Positions 11,382-21,108 of a DNA stretch of 64,000 nt are shown one piece after another. The stretch is taken from NCBI GenBank assembly GCA_050946275.1, contig JBMNUM010000006.1, positions 28,173 to 92,172 on the forward strand. The letters are read 5' to 3'. How positions within the stretch are numbered: the stretch's first letter is position 1; the number at the start of each line of letters is the position of its first letter. The position numbers and the translations under genes are program-made. The stretch is from Coriobacteriales bacterium. GTDB taxonomy: Bacteria > Actinomycetota > Coriobacteriia > Coriobacteriales > CADBOM01. Below the pieces are notes generated by a model that saw only the letters and a program-made list of their open reading frames with translations, was not told the DNA's origin and made no database searches.

Positions 11382-12170
11382 ATGGGCAACAAGAAAGACA
11401 AGAATCGCAACACGAACGTCATCGCGATCATCAACCAAAAAGGCGGGGTGGGAAAGTCCACCACCGCGATTAACCTCGCCGCTGCACTCGGGGAAAAGGG
11501 GCGCAAGGTCCTCCTTGTCGACCTCGACCCTCAGGGCAACGCTACGAGCGGCATTGGCGGCGAGAAGGTTCGGGGTGCAGGGTGCGTGTATGATTGCCTG
11601 CTTAACGGCGTTCCGATGGAAGAAGTCTTGCAGAAAGTCAACACCAAGGGAGTGCATCTCATTCCGGCGACCATCAACCTCGCTGGCGCTGAGGTTGAGC
11701 TCGTGTCGATCATCTCTCGCGAGACCAGACTCAAGGAAGCCCTCGCTCCCATCAAGGACAAGTATGATTTTGTTCTCATCGACTGTCCGCCGTCCCTGGG
11801 ACTTCTCACCATCAATGCTTTGACGGCTGCAGACTCCATGATCATCCCGATTCAATGCGAGTTCTACGCGCTCGAGGGAGTGTCGAAGCTTCTCGAGTCC
11901 GTGAAGCTCGTCAAGACCCACACGAACCCCACCCTCGAGATATTCGGCATCCTCTTGACGATGTATGACAAGCGCACGCTTCTGTGCAAGCAGGTTGCCG
12001 AGGAGGTCCGCACCTTCTTCGGTGACCAGGTGTTCGAGACGAATATCCCGAGAACGGTGAAGCTTGCCGAAGCTCCGAGCTACGGAGAAGCCATCACCCA
12101 ATATATGCCGGACAGCAAGGGCGCAAAGGCCTATAGAAAGCTCGCCAAGGAAGTGATTGAACGTGGCTAA
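11382..12170 (+). CDS. parA: Chromosome partitioning ATPase ParA/Soj
   Basis: NQKGGVGKSTT, DLDPQGNAT, IDCPPSLGLLT, QCEFYALEG, LAEAPSYG. Confidence 0.96.
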   Translation: MGNKKDKNRNTNVIAIINQKGGVGKSTTAINLAAALGEKGRKVLLVDLDPQGNATSGIGGEKVRGAGCVYDCLLNGVPMEEVLQKVNTKGVHLIPATINLAGAEVELVSIISRETRLKEALAPIKDKYDFVLIDCPPSLGLLTINALTAADSMIIPIQCEFYALEGVSKLLESVKLVKTHTNPTLEIFGILLTMYDKRTLLCKQVAEEVRTFFGDQVFETNIPRTVKLAEAPSYGEAITQYMPDSKGAKAYRKLAKEVIERG

Positions 12171-13101
12171 AGGAAGAGGACTGGGCAAGGGCCTGTCATC
12201 GTTGATGGGCAGTGCATCCATCGAGGTCTCGGTAGACGAAGGGCAGGAGACCAAGAGCGAGGAAATGAGCCTCGCCCTCATCTCGCCGAATCCGAATCAG
12301 CCTCGAAGCATTTTCGACGAGGAGAAGATCGCCGAGCTTGCCGCGTCGATTAAGAAAGACGGTTTGCTACAACCGATTCTCGTGCGTCCTTATGGAGATG
12401 GGTACCAGATTGTCGCCGGAGAGAGGCGCTATCAGGCCAGCAAGAAGGCAGGGCTGGTCTCCATTCCCGTTCGCATCCTCGAGGTTGATGATGTCCAAGC
12501 GCAGGAAATCGCTCTCATCGAGAACCTGCAACGAGATGACCTGAATCCCATCGAGGAGGCATGGGGCTATCGTCGTCTGATGGAAGACGGCAACTATAAG
12601 CAGAAGGACCTTGCTGAGATCATGAGCAAGAATCCTTCGACCATATCGAACGCGCTGAGGCTGCTTGATCTGCCCGATGAGGTGCAGGAGCTCATGTACG
12701 ACGGCAAGCTGAGTGCGGGTCATGCAAGAGCCGTGCTGTCGCTGCCCGTCGAGAACGAGGAGCGCCGCATCGCCCTGGCGCGGAAGATAGCCGAGGAGAA
12801 GCTTTCGGTCCGCGAAGCCGAGGCTGCCGCGAAGCTCGCGCTGCTGCAAGGTATTGAGAGGGCGAAGAAGGAGCCGACCCCAAAGACGTTCAAGCAGGCG
12901 GCCCGCAAGCTGCGCAAGCGCCTCGATGCCTCGGTCAAGGTCAGGACGGTTCGTGGTAGGAACAAGATCGAGATCGAGTTCATAGACGAGAGGGACCTCT
13001 CGAGGATTTTCGGCATCCTCACCAACGGCGAGATGCTGGATGCGGGATCTCGTGGGCTGACGCTTGGTCTCGAGGAACAGGGAGATGCGGATGAGCAGTA
13101 A
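12163..13101 (+). CDS. parB: Chromosome partitioning protein ParB/Spo0J
   Basis: GLGKGL, PNPNQPR, LLQPILVR, VAGERRYQA, ENLQRDDLNPIEEA. Confidence 0.96.
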   Translation: MAKGRGLGKGLSSLMGSASIEVSVDEGQETKSEEMSLALISPNPNQPRSIFDEEKIAELAASIKKDGLLQPILVRPYGDGYQIVAGERRYQASKKAGLVSIPVRILEVDDVQAQEIALIENLQRDDLNPIEEAWGYRRLMEDGNYKQKDLAEIMSKNPSTISNALRLLDLPDEVQELMYDGKLSAGHARAVLSLPVENEERRIALARKIAEEKLSVREAEAAAKLALLQGIERAKKEPTPKTFKQAARKLRKRLDASVKVRTVRGRNKIEIEFIDERDLSRIFGILTNGEMLDAGSRGLTLGLEEQGDADEQ

Positions 13102-13357
13102 CAAGGCTGCCGTCTTCGGAGGAATCATCGGCTTCTCGATCGCCCTCGGTGTCCTCATCTCACAGGACAAGGGGCTGAAAAGGGAGGCGACCGACCAGCT
13201 TCGCACCGTGTTGAAGACGACGGGGAAGCTGGTCCGCCATTACCGTGACCTCGGCAATAGGATAGCGGGCCCGGATGCGCCGGACTCCGCGGAAAAGCCT
13301 GCCTGGGACCGAGTTCTCGAGAACGTCAGGGCAAAGCAAACCGACTCAGAGCTATAA
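13091..13357 (+). CDS. Small hypothetical protein with N-terminal hydrophobic helix
   Basis: RBS GGAG, overlaps the parB stop, N-terminal AAVFGGIIGFSIALGVLI. Confidence 0.55.
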   Translation: MSSNKAAVFGGIIGFSIALGVLISQDKGLKREATDQLRTVLKTTGKLVRHYRDLGNRIAGPDAPDSAEKPAWDRVLENVRAKQTDSEL

Positions 13358-13377
13358 GAGCGCCTGAGGCGAACTAC

Positions 13378-14421
13378 TCAGGCCTCATCCTGCGAGAAGT
13401 AATTCTGCAGGAGCTGCCCGCATGCTCCCTGGATATCCGAACCGCGCGAGTTGCGAATCGTCGCCTCGATGCCCTTGGCGTTCAAGGCATCGCAGAAATC
13501 CTGGAGTCTCGACGGATCGGACGGCTTGAACCTCGAACCCTCCACCTTGTTGAGCGGAATCAGGTTCACATGGCAGAGCATCTTGCGGCAATATTCGACG
13601 AGGGCATCGCGCTCCTCAGGCGAATCGTTGACTCCGAACATGAGCGCATACTCGAACGTCGGGCGCCTTCCCGTCGCCTCCGAGTATGAGACGAGCGAGT
13701 CGCGAAGGCGATCGAGCCCATATGCGCTCACACCCGGCATGATCTTGTCTCTCGTGCGTTGGACTGCGGAGTGAAGTGATACGGCGAGGGTGAATTGCTC
13801 CGGCTCGAGGGCGAGTCGCCTGATCATCGGAATCACGCCGCAGGTCGAGATGGTCATGTGGCGGGCTCCGATGTTCGCGCCCGCGGGCGAGTTGAGGAAG
13901 CGAAGGGCGCCGAGCGTCGCGTCATAGTTCAGGAACGGCTCTCCCTGCCCCATGGCAACGGCATTGGTCACACGCCTGCCGAAGTCGTCGCCAATAAGGG
14001 TGACCTGGTCGACGATTTCTCCCGGCGCAAGATTGCGCAGGAACCCTCCCTTGCCGGTTGCGCAGAAAGCGCATCCCATGGGACATCCTGCCTGGGTCGA
14101 GAAGCACACGGTCAGCCGGTTTTTGGAGGGGATGCCCACGGCCTCTACAAGCGCTCCGTCTGCATAGCGGATGACGTACTTGCGCGTGCCATCTGTTGAG
14201 GTGAGCTTCTCCGCGACGGTGGCGGTGTGGAGGGGCAGCTCGTCAGCCAGCCGCTCGCGCAGCGCCTTGGGAAGGTTTGTCATCTCGTCGTATGAGGTTG
14301 CCTTCTTCGCATAAATCCACTCCTCGAGCTGTTTTGCTCGAAACGCTGGCAGTCCAAGCTCTGCGACAAGCTCCTTTATACCCTCTCGGTCGTAAGCTTT
14401 GATTCCCGCGACATCGGGCAT
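13378..14421 (-). CDS. rlmN: 23S rRNA m2A2503 radical SAM methyltransferase
   Basis: CFSTQAGCPMGCAFCATG, MGQGEPFLN, VSLHS, VNLIPLN, RGSDIQGACGQL; start placed at ATG 14421. Confidence 0.95.
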   Translation of the reverse strand: MPDVAGIKAYDREGIKELVAELGLPAFRAKQLEEWIYAKKATSYDEMTNLPKALRERLADELPLHTATVAEKLTSTDGTRKYVIRYADGALVEAVGIPSKNRLTVCFSTQAGCPMGCAFCATGKGGFLRNLAPGEIVDQVTLIGDDFGRRVTNAVAMGQGEPFLNYDATLGALRFLNSPAGANIGARHMTISTCGVIPMIRRLALEPEQFTLAVSLHSAVQRTRDKIMPGVSAYGLDRLRDSLVSYSEATGRRPTFEYALMFGVNDSPEERDALVEYCRKMLCHVNLIPLNKVEGSRFKPSDPSRLQDFCDALNAKGIEATIRNSRGSDIQGACGQLLQNYFSQDEA

Positions 14422-14640
14422 TGTCCTGCTCAAGGCGGCCCCCTTTGAATCGTGTTGCAAGGTTCTCCCCACATCACCTCGCATTGATACGTATAACAAT
14501 ATCATGCTCTGCGAGACCCGCGATGCGGCGATGACGATGACCATTTCTTCTCCGCACGATCATTGCTGGTGGGTCGCAGTGCAGTGCCTTTGCCGGGCGA
14601 GTCGCCCGACGCGGTGTCCGCATGGGGTACCATACTTCGC

Positions 14641-15840
14641 ATGAGTCAAACACCAAGACATCTGGCCAAGCACAGCTCCAACGAGCCTTCCCATACGAGC
14701 GGGGGCGCTTCCGCACCCCGCCATCTTAAGAAGAGCGCTCCGGCCAGCTCCTCGCAAGGTGCAGACCGTGCGGGAGGTGGCCAAGTCAGGCCGGAGGCGA
14801 AGAGAAGAGCCTCCCTTCCGAGCATCGATCAGCCGACCGCTGCTCGCCAGCAATCTCGTCCCGCTCAGGCACCGCAGCCCGCCCAGGTACAGATGCCCAC
14901 GAAGCGCAGGCGTCGAAAATGGCCAATCGTGCTCGTCATCATCGTCGTGATCGTCGCACTCGCCGGGGGGAGCGCGTTCGCTTGGACGCACGGCTGGTTC
15001 AAGGGCACCTCGCTCGAGGCCACTTCCGACAACATCGCGACGGTGTTCACCGGAGTGCGTTTTGACAAGGAGTCGACGATCAAAGCCGTCAAAGAGGGCA
15101 TGATCGAGGGAACAGCTGACGAATGTAAAGAAACTTTGCAGGAGAGCGAGGAGGTCGTTGAATACCAGGTCTCGCATGACGGCTTCCCCACGCCCCTCGT
15201 CGCAGAATATGACGGTGTGCTGATCCACAGTCCCGTTCATCCGAGAAATCTCAACGGCGTCCTCTTCCATCAAGCCGCCACCAAGTACGGTCTCCCGCTC
15301 GAAACGAAGATGCCCGATGCCGAAGAGGAGAAGGTCTTTAAGACGAAGAGCTACGATTTCGCGAAGCTCGAAGATCAAGCCGAGGGCGACGAGTATCTCA
15401 AGGGCAAGGCGCTCCATCTCTGGCGCCGCGGCACGCCCACGGAGATGGACAGCTCGATTGACGTTGGGGCCGAGGCGGGCGACCCTGTGTATGCGCCCGT
15501 AACGGGCACGGTCGTCCTGGTGCGCACCTACCGCCTCTACGACACTTGCGACGACTACGAGATTCACATCCAGCCGGATGGCCGTGACGACCTCGACGTC
15601 GTCGAGATCCACATCACGGATGTCACCGTGAAAGCTGGCGACAAGGTCGTCGGTGGTGTGACTCCCATGGCGAAGGTGCGCGACTTGGCGGCGGAGGATA
15701 TCACGGACATCCAGCTGGCGTTCTATACCAAGCCCGCCCATGGAAACCACACTCACGTGCAGGTCAACGACGTGAACTACAAGGATAAAGACGGCAAGAC
15801 ATACCGCGAGACGCGGCTCAAAGGCGCGATCAAAGTGTAG
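14641..15840 (+). CDS. Membrane-anchored M23/LytM-like peptidase family protein
   Basis: Disordered basic N-terminus, TM helix, IDVGAEAGDPVYAPVTGTV, VKAGDKV, NHTHVQV. Confidence 0.7.
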   Translation: MSQTPRHLAKHSSNEPSHTSGGASAPRHLKKSAPASSSQGADRAGGGQVRPEAKRRASLPSIDQPTAARQQSRPAQAPQPAQVQMPTKRRRRKWPIVLVIIVVIVALAGGSAFAWTHGWFKGTSLEATSDNIATVFTGVRFDKESTIKAVKEGMIEGTADECKETLQESEEVVEYQVSHDGFPTPLVAEYDGVLIHSPVHPRNLNGVLFHQAATKYGLPLETKMPDAEEEKVFKTKSYDFAKLEDQAEGDEYLKGKALHLWRRGTPTEMDSSIDVGAEAGDPVYAPVTGTVVLVRTYRLYDTCDDYEIHIQPDGRDDLDVVEIHITDVTVKAGDKVVGGVTPMAKVRDLAAEDITDIQLAFYTKPAHGNHTHVQVNDVNYKDKDGKTYRETRLKGAIKV

Positions 15841-15852
15841 CGGGGAAGCGCT

Positions 15853-16353
15853 TTAGCGCTTGAAGTCCTCGGGGTCGATGTTCTCGATGTACTCGTGAAA
15901 CGCCTCGATCTCGCGCTCGCGGATGTCATCGTGCTGGGCGTTGAAGGGAATCGAGGCCGCGATGAACACGGGGGACTCCACGTACATCGGTGCTTTCGCG
16001 CGCAGGGACAGCGCCAACGCGTCGCTCGGACGGGCGTCGATCTCGTAAACCGTGCCATCCTGCTCGACGATGAGACGGGCGAAGAACGTCAAGCCGTCGA
16101 CCCGGTCGATGACCATGCCGGTAATCTTGCCGCCGAGTGCGTCGATGGCGTCCAAGGTGAGGTCATGCGTCTGAGGGCGCTCCTTCGATTTGCCCTCGAT
16201 TGCCAAGCTGATGGCGAGAGCCTCGGGCATGCCGATGTAAATGGGGAGCACGCGCGGCTCGGCATCCGCGTCCACGAACGGGCGGAGCACAACGACCGAC
16301 TTATCGGGGGCTGCGCCGAGCAACAGGGCTTCTATCGAAACAGGTATCAACAT
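15853..16353 (-). CDS. Bifunctional nuclease (DUF151) family protein
   Basis: LPIYIGMPEA, RPQTHDL, FFARL, IDARPSDALALSLR. Confidence 0.9.
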   Translation of the reverse strand: MLIPVSIEALLLGAAPDKSVVVLRPFVDADAEPRVLPIYIGMPEALAISLAIEGKSKERPQTHDLTLDAIDALGGKITGMVIDRVDGLTFFARLIVEQDGTVYEIDARPSDALALSLRAKAPMYVESPVFIAASIPFNAQHDDIREREIEAFHEYIENIDPEDFKR

Positions 16354-16591
16354 ATCAACTCACCTACAATTAAGGATATACCAAAACGCCCGGTAAACCA
16401 GGGTTGACATTCTGCAAGACACCCGAACGACCGACGGGACCACCGGCGCTGGACGGCGTGGTCGGCTCTTGGGGCTCGCTGCGGGAGACGTGTCCCCGTC
16501 GGCGGGAGAAATCTGCCGTATGCCGCTGGGCGGCTCGACCGCTTGACCGAAGCCGCGTGCTGGTATACCTTAATCAAGCGGTTTTTTGTAA

Positions 16592-16668
<77 letters not shown>

Positions 16669-16677
16669 TGAACCTTC

Positions 16678-16703
16678 ACGCAACCCACTTCGGTGGGTTG
16701 CGT
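16678..16703 (+). terminator. Hairpin after tRNA-Ile
   Basis: ACGCAACCCAC-TTCG-GTGGGTTGCGT. Confidence 0.6.
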
Positions 16704-16750
16704 TGTATCAGGGCAAAATCGCCGCGGATTCCCAGAAATCCGCGACATAC

Positions 16751-16826
16751 GGGGGTATAGCTCAGCTGGGAGAGCGCGGGCTTTGCAAGCCTGAGGTCAG
16801 GGGTTCGAGCCCCCTTACCTCCACCA
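16751..16826 (+). tRNA. tRNA-Ala(TGC)
   Basis: G3-U70 acceptor pair, anticodon loop TT TGC AA, GGTTCGAGCC, encoded CCA. Confidence 0.97.
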
Positions 16827-17024
16827 ATAACAAGACGGGTGCCAAGCGGCACCCGTTTTCATTTCCGTGGGAGTTGCGGGGGCTCGAACCCGCAAGGGAA
16901 CGACAGCCGGGGGGCTGTCGTTGGCCGAGCCGGAGGCGAGGACCTACGGGATTTGCAGGGCAAATACCGTGAGCCCCCTTACCTCCACCAATAACAAGAC
17001 GGGTGCCAAGCGGCACCCGTTTTC
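16807..17024 (+). repeat. 54-bp direct repeat of the tRNA-Ala 3' end plus terminator (16807-16860 and 16971-17024) flanking a 110-bp structured spacer
   Basis: GAGCCCCCTTACCTCCACCAATAACAAGACGGGTGCCAAGCGGCACCCGTTTTC occurs twice. Confidence 0.95.
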
Positions 17025-17039
17025 GTTTGAGTGTATTTG

Positions 17040-17267
17040 CTACAGGCTCTGCCCGCATATCGGGCAGTAGTTTATTGGGATGTAGACGCGGTCGAAGTCG
17101 CCCTCGGTGTCGCTGTAGGTCGCCACGACGCACAGGCGAGGCGGATACTCCTGCGTGATGTAAGGATCGAACCCCGTGTTCATATAGCATGCGTCGCCAC
17201 TTTCCATCGTGAAGGCAAGAGCGGGGATGTCCATTTTATCGGCGTAGCTATCGCAATACATGCACAT
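17040..17267 (-). CDS. Small Cys-rich (zinc-ribbon-like) hypothetical protein
   Basis: RBS AAGGAG; N-terminal CMYC and C-terminal INYCPICG. Confidence 0.7.
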   Translation of the reverse strand: MCMYCDSYADKMDIPALAFTMESGDACYMNTGFDPYITQEYPPRLCVVATYSDTEGDFDRVYIPINYCPICGQSL

Positions 17268-17472
17268 GGGGTCTCCTTGTCGAATTCTTAATCAGGGTGC
17301 TGGGAGGCGGTATGGCGCCCGAACCCCATTGTACGCCGTCTTTGCCTTCGCCTCCTGTGCGGGGGACATCTTTAACATGCAGCATTCCGGTTATCCCTTC
17401 CGTCTGCTGCTGTGCCTTTAGAGCATTACCTGTAAGTTCTTTTGCCCTATCGCTCGAGGGCAGGTGGCCAAT

Positions 17473-18591
17473 ATGAGGAAAGCCATACCGGTACTGCTCA
17501 TTTCCTTGATGACGGTGATGTTCGCGGTCGGATGTTCCGGCTCAGTCTCCACGTCGAACGACGCCGGGTCTTACGCCGACCTTCTTTTCGATACGTCACG
17601 CGTTCACACGATAGAGGTCAGCATGTCCGATGGTGACAGGGCCGACCAGCTGGCGAACCCAACGGATAAGACCAAGTACGAGGCCGACGTTACGGTTGAT
17701 GGCGAGACGATCGAAGACGTCTCGTTCCAAGCCAAGGGCAACTCGAGCCTGTTCTTCATGGTCGATGTCGGTAGGGACAAGTATAGCTACGCGATTAACT
17801 TCGGCAAGCACGTAGAGGGACAGACCTTTCACGGCTTGGACAAGATGAACTTGCAGAACAACTTCGTCGACGGCTCGGCGATGAAGGAGTACATGACGTA
17901 CTGGCTATTTCGCAAGATGGGAGTGGATGCGCCCCTGGCCTCATTTGCATGGTTGACCGTGAACGGGGAGGACCAAGGACTCTACACGGCACTCGAGGAC
18001 GTCGACGACAGTTTCCTCGAGAGAACAACAGCTGGCGAGGGGACGCTCTACAAGCCCGAAGGATCGAGCATGGCGTTGAGCGATGAGGAGATGGAGCGCA
18101 TCAAGGCGGGCAACAGCGCGTCTCATGACAGCGCCTTCGGGACCTTCCCCCCGGAAGCCAAGAGCTTCACCGATATCGACGGCATCGCGGTCATCAACGC
18201 GGGCATCGACTCTCCGCTCGGGGGAACCGTGAACGAAGACCGCCCGATGTGGCGTTGGATCCTGTCTGACGAAAGGTATCTCGACGAGTATCACGACGTG
18301 CTATCGGAGTTGGTGGCCATCATTGATTCCGGGGAGTTCGAGGCAGAGTCGGGTAGGGTGTCAGAGCTCATCCTCCCGTACATAGAGAAGGATCCGAAGG
18401 CGGTTTTCACGGCAGAAGAAGCCGCAAAAGCCCAGGCGACGATAAATGAGATCACGAAGCTGAGGGCCGAGAGCGTGCGGAGGCAGCTGAGCGGCGAGCT
18501 TGCGTCAAAAACGGATTTGCAGGAAGCGGGCGACAAGGTCGACGCGTCGGGAATCTCCATCGCAGATATGGGCACGCTTGCCAGTCTGTAA
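17473..18591 (+). CDS. CotH kinase family lipoprotein, probably internally deleted (possible pseudogene)
   Basis: Lipobox AVGC; KGNSS, GLDKMNLQN, KEYMTY, GLYTALE, LYKP are present; the expected HNYYLY/PWD catalytic segment is absent. Confidence 0.75.
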   Translation: MRKAIPVLLISLMTVMFAVGCSGSVSTSNDAGSYADLLFDTSRVHTIEVSMSDGDRADQLANPTDKTKYEADVTVDGETIEDVSFQAKGNSSLFFMVDVGRDKYSYAINFGKHVEGQTFHGLDKMNLQNNFVDGSAMKEYMTYWLFRKMGVDAPLASFAWLTVNGEDQGLYTALEDVDDSFLERTTAGEGTLYKPEGSSMALSDEEMERIKAGNSASHDSAFGTFPPEAKSFTDIDGIAVINAGIDSPLGGTVNEDRPMWRWILSDERYLDEYHDVLSELVAIIDSGEFEAESGRVSELILPYIEKDPKAVFTAEEAAKAQATINEITKLRAESVRRQLSGELASKTDLQEAGDKVDASGISIADMGTLASL

Positions 18592-18699
18592 ATCGGGTCG
18601 TGGCAACCGAGAATGAGCTGCCCTCGACGCGCGGCAGGGCACGGCCACTTCAAATCAGTACAATAGGGAAAGCAATGCATTCGAGAGAAAGCGGGAGAC

Positions 18700-19773
18700 A
18701 TGAGCGAGTTCAAGACTGATTTCCTGAAGCAGATCGTCGAGACGCCCTCGGTTACGGGCACGGAGTGGCGCGTGGCCGAGCTCGTGCGACAGCGCCTTGG
18801 CGGCGTGGCCGACGAGATCGACACCGATGTCATGGGAAGCGTGCATGCGCGCCTGAACGGCACCGATGAGAATGCCCCCACGGTCTTGATCGCCGCTCAC
18901 ATGGATGAGATCGGCCTCATGGTGACCTACATCTCCGACGAGGGCTTCCTCTCGTTCTCCTCCGTCGGCGGTGTGGACGCTGGTCTTCTGCCCGGCCTGC
19001 GCGTGGACGTGCACACGACCGGAGGCGTGCTCCGCGGCGTCGTGGGCCGCATGCCCATCCACCTCGTTCCCGCCGATGACCGCAAGAACGTCGCTCCCAT
19101 GGACAAGCTGTGCATCGACGTGGGTCTTCCGGCCGACGAGGTCAAGGCCCGCGTGCGCATTGGAGACACTATCACCTACGGCGTGGGATTCGAGGAGTTC
19201 GGAGCCAATCGGGCCGTGAGTCGCGCCTTCGACGACAAGGCCGGCGTCTTCATCGGCACGCGTGTCATGGAGGAGCTGGCGGCTCGCGAGATGCGTCCTC
19301 GCGCGAGCTACGTGTTCGCCGCCACCGTTCAGGAGGAGATTGGCCTGCGAGGCGGCGAAACGAGCGCGTTCTCCGTCAACCCGACGATTGCGCTCGGCTT
19401 TGACGTGACGCACGCGACCGACTATCCCGGCATCGAGAAGACGAAGTTCGGCGATATCAAGCTCGGCGCTGGCCCCGTCATCGCGCGTGGGCCCAACATC
19501 AACCCCATCGTGTTCGACCGCATGGTGAAGGCCGCCGAGGACGAGGGCATCGCGTATCAGATCGAGGCAGAGCCGCGCGTTACCGGAACCGATGCTGGCG
19601 CGATGCAGGTGCAGCGCGGCGGCATCGCAACGGGTCTCGTCTCGCTTCCGCTGCGCTACATGCACACGCCCACCGAGGTCATCAGCCTTGATGATGTCGA
19701 AGGGTGCATCAAGCTGCTCGCACGGTTCATCGAAGACCTTGATGCCGGCGTCTCGTTCATTCCCGGCTGCTGA
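18700..19773 (+). CDS. M42 family metalloaminopeptidase
   Basis: AAHMDEIG, RAFDDKAG, TVQEEIGLRG, DVTHA, GTDAG, RYMHTPTE. Confidence 0.93.
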   Translation: MSEFKTDFLKQIVETPSVTGTEWRVAELVRQRLGGVADEIDTDVMGSVHARLNGTDENAPTVLIAAHMDEIGLMVTYISDEGFLSFSSVGGVDAGLLPGLRVDVHTTGGVLRGVVGRMPIHLVPADDRKNVAPMDKLCIDVGLPADEVKARVRIGDTITYGVGFEEFGANRAVSRAFDDKAGVFIGTRVMEELAAREMRPRASYVFAATVQEEIGLRGGETSAFSVNPTIALGFDVTHATDYPGIEKTKFGDIKLGAGPVIARGPNINPIVFDRMVKAAEDEGIAYQIEAEPRVTGTDAGAMQVQRGGIATGLVSLPLRYMHTPTEVISLDDVEGCIKLLARFIEDLDAGVSFIPGC

Positions 19774-19806
19774 ACCTGACAATCACGTCAGACGTGTTTG
19801 TCCTGG
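19773..19806. repeat. 35-bp palindromic repeat, copy 1
   Basis: AACCTGACAATCACGTCAGACGTGTTTGTCCTGG; homologous to 23272 and 26327. Confidence 0.85.
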
Positions 19807-19832
19807 CAGAGGGGTTTGATCCCTCTGCCAGG
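19802..19832. terminator. Hairpin between convergent genes
   Basis: CCTGGCAGAGGG-GTTTGAT-CCCTCTGCCAGG followed by TTTT. Confidence 0.75.
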
Positions 19833-19839
19833 TTTTCTG

Positions 19840-20847
19840 CTATTTCCAGTCTGGGGAGGTGTCGCGGCCGAGTTTGTCCAGCATCTGCCGGTCCACCTCG
19901 ACCGATGAGCTGGTCGTCGTGAGCATGTTCCCCGTGATAGTGGCGCTTGCGCCATAGGAGAAGACCCGCTCGCCCCAGCCGCTGAGCAACGAGCGGCCAC
20001 CGGCCAGGCGGATGTGCGCCTCGGGGTTGATGAAGCGGAAGATAGCCGCAGCTCGCAGCACCTCGTCCTCCGGAAGAGGCTCGAGCTTCTCGAGCGGCGT
20101 GCCGGGAATCGCCGACAGCACGTTGAGGGGAATCGAGCGAACATCCAGCTCGGCGAGGGCGAGCGCCATGTCGACGCGGTCCTCGCGGGTCTCGCCCATG
20201 CCGATGATGCCGCCGGAGCACACCTCGAGGCCAGCTTTCTGAGCTGCGCGGATCGTCGCGATCTTCTCGTCGAACGCGTGTGTCGTGCAAATCTGCGGGA
20301 AGAAGTGCCGCGATGTCTCGATGTTGCAGTGATACCGCGTGACGCCCGCGTCGTGCAGCTGCTCGAGCTGCTCACGCGCAAGTAGCCCCATCGAGGCGCA
20401 CAGATTGAGCCTCGTCGCTGAACGCATCTGCCGGTACGCCTCGAGAGCCTGCTTGAAATCCTTGCCGGACATGCGCTTTCCCGAGGTGACGAGGGCGAAT
20501 CGATTCACCTCGGCATTTTCGATTTCACGAGAAACGGCGACGATCTCGTCGACGGCCATCATGCCATGCACGTCGCAATCCGTCTTATGCCGACCCGATT
20601 GCGCGCAGAAGGCGCAATCCTCCGAGCAACGCCCGGAGCGAGCGGCGAGGATGGCGCACAGGTCGACGTGCTCGCCAACGCACGCGCGCCTGATCTCGTT
20701 CGCTGCCGAACCGAGATGCTCGAGCGGTGCTTCGAGCAGGAAGGCAAGGTCGTCGGCGCGCGTCAGGCGCCTGCCCTCGATAATCTCGCGGGCGATGGCG
20801 TCACAGCCACCGCCCGCGTTGTCAGATGCAACCAAACGGCCCGTCAT
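19840..20847 (-). CDS. bioB: Biotin synthase
   Basis: [48 protein letters not shown]. Confidence 0.96.
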   Translation of the reverse strand: MTGRLVASDNAGGGCDAIAREIIEGRRLTRADDLAFLLEAPLEHLGSAANEIRRACVGEHVDLCAILAARSGRCSEDCAFCAQSGRHKTDCDVHGMMAVDEIVAVSREIENAEVNRFALVTSGKRMSGKDFKQALEAYRQMRSATRLNLCASMGLLAREQLEQLHDAGVTRYHCNIETSRHFFPQICTTHAFDEKIATIRAAQKAGLEVCSGGIIGMGETREDRVDMALALAELDVRSIPLNVLSAIPGTPLEKLEPLPEDEVLRAAAIFRFINPEAHIRLAGGRSLLSGWGERVFSYGASATITGNMLTTTSSSVEVDRQMLDKLGRDTSPDWK

Positions 20848-21107
20848 CGCTCTCCCTCATCTCGATGCGCCGCGCTTGGGATGTCGAGCAGCTCGAAGCG
20901 GTATCGCTGCTCCACATCCGGATACTTCTCGTGGTCCACCTCGCTCAGGAACAAGTCGAGCGGCCGTGCCCACAGAGAGCCGTCTCCGTAGAGCTTTCGA
21001 TATATGACGAGCTCCTCGTCGGTCTCGGAGTGGCGTGCCACATCCTCGACGAGATAGCAATCTCCCTTGAAATGCCGATACACCCGGTGGAGCTGGATTT
21101 CGCGCAT
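20844..21107 (-). CDS. DUF1653 family protein
   Basis: YRHFKG...[16 protein letters not shown]...WARP...FLSEVD...QRYRF. Confidence 0.9.
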   Translation of the reverse strand: MREIQLHRVYRHFKGDCYLVEDVARHSETDEELVIYRKLYGDGSLWARPLDLFLSEVDHEKYPDVEQRYRFELLDIPSAAHRDEGER

Positions 21108-21108
21108 G

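Noticed and set aside
16703-17190. ORFs overlapping tRNA-Ala and the repeat; likewise ORFs at 58060-58708 over the tRNA-Ser genes
   Set aside because: They overlap structural RNA genes and repeats and have no RBS or protein features.
16826-18591. Intact integrative element or prophage at tRNA-Ala
   Set aside because: No integrase, terminase or replication genes, and the att-like repeats enclose only 110 bp.
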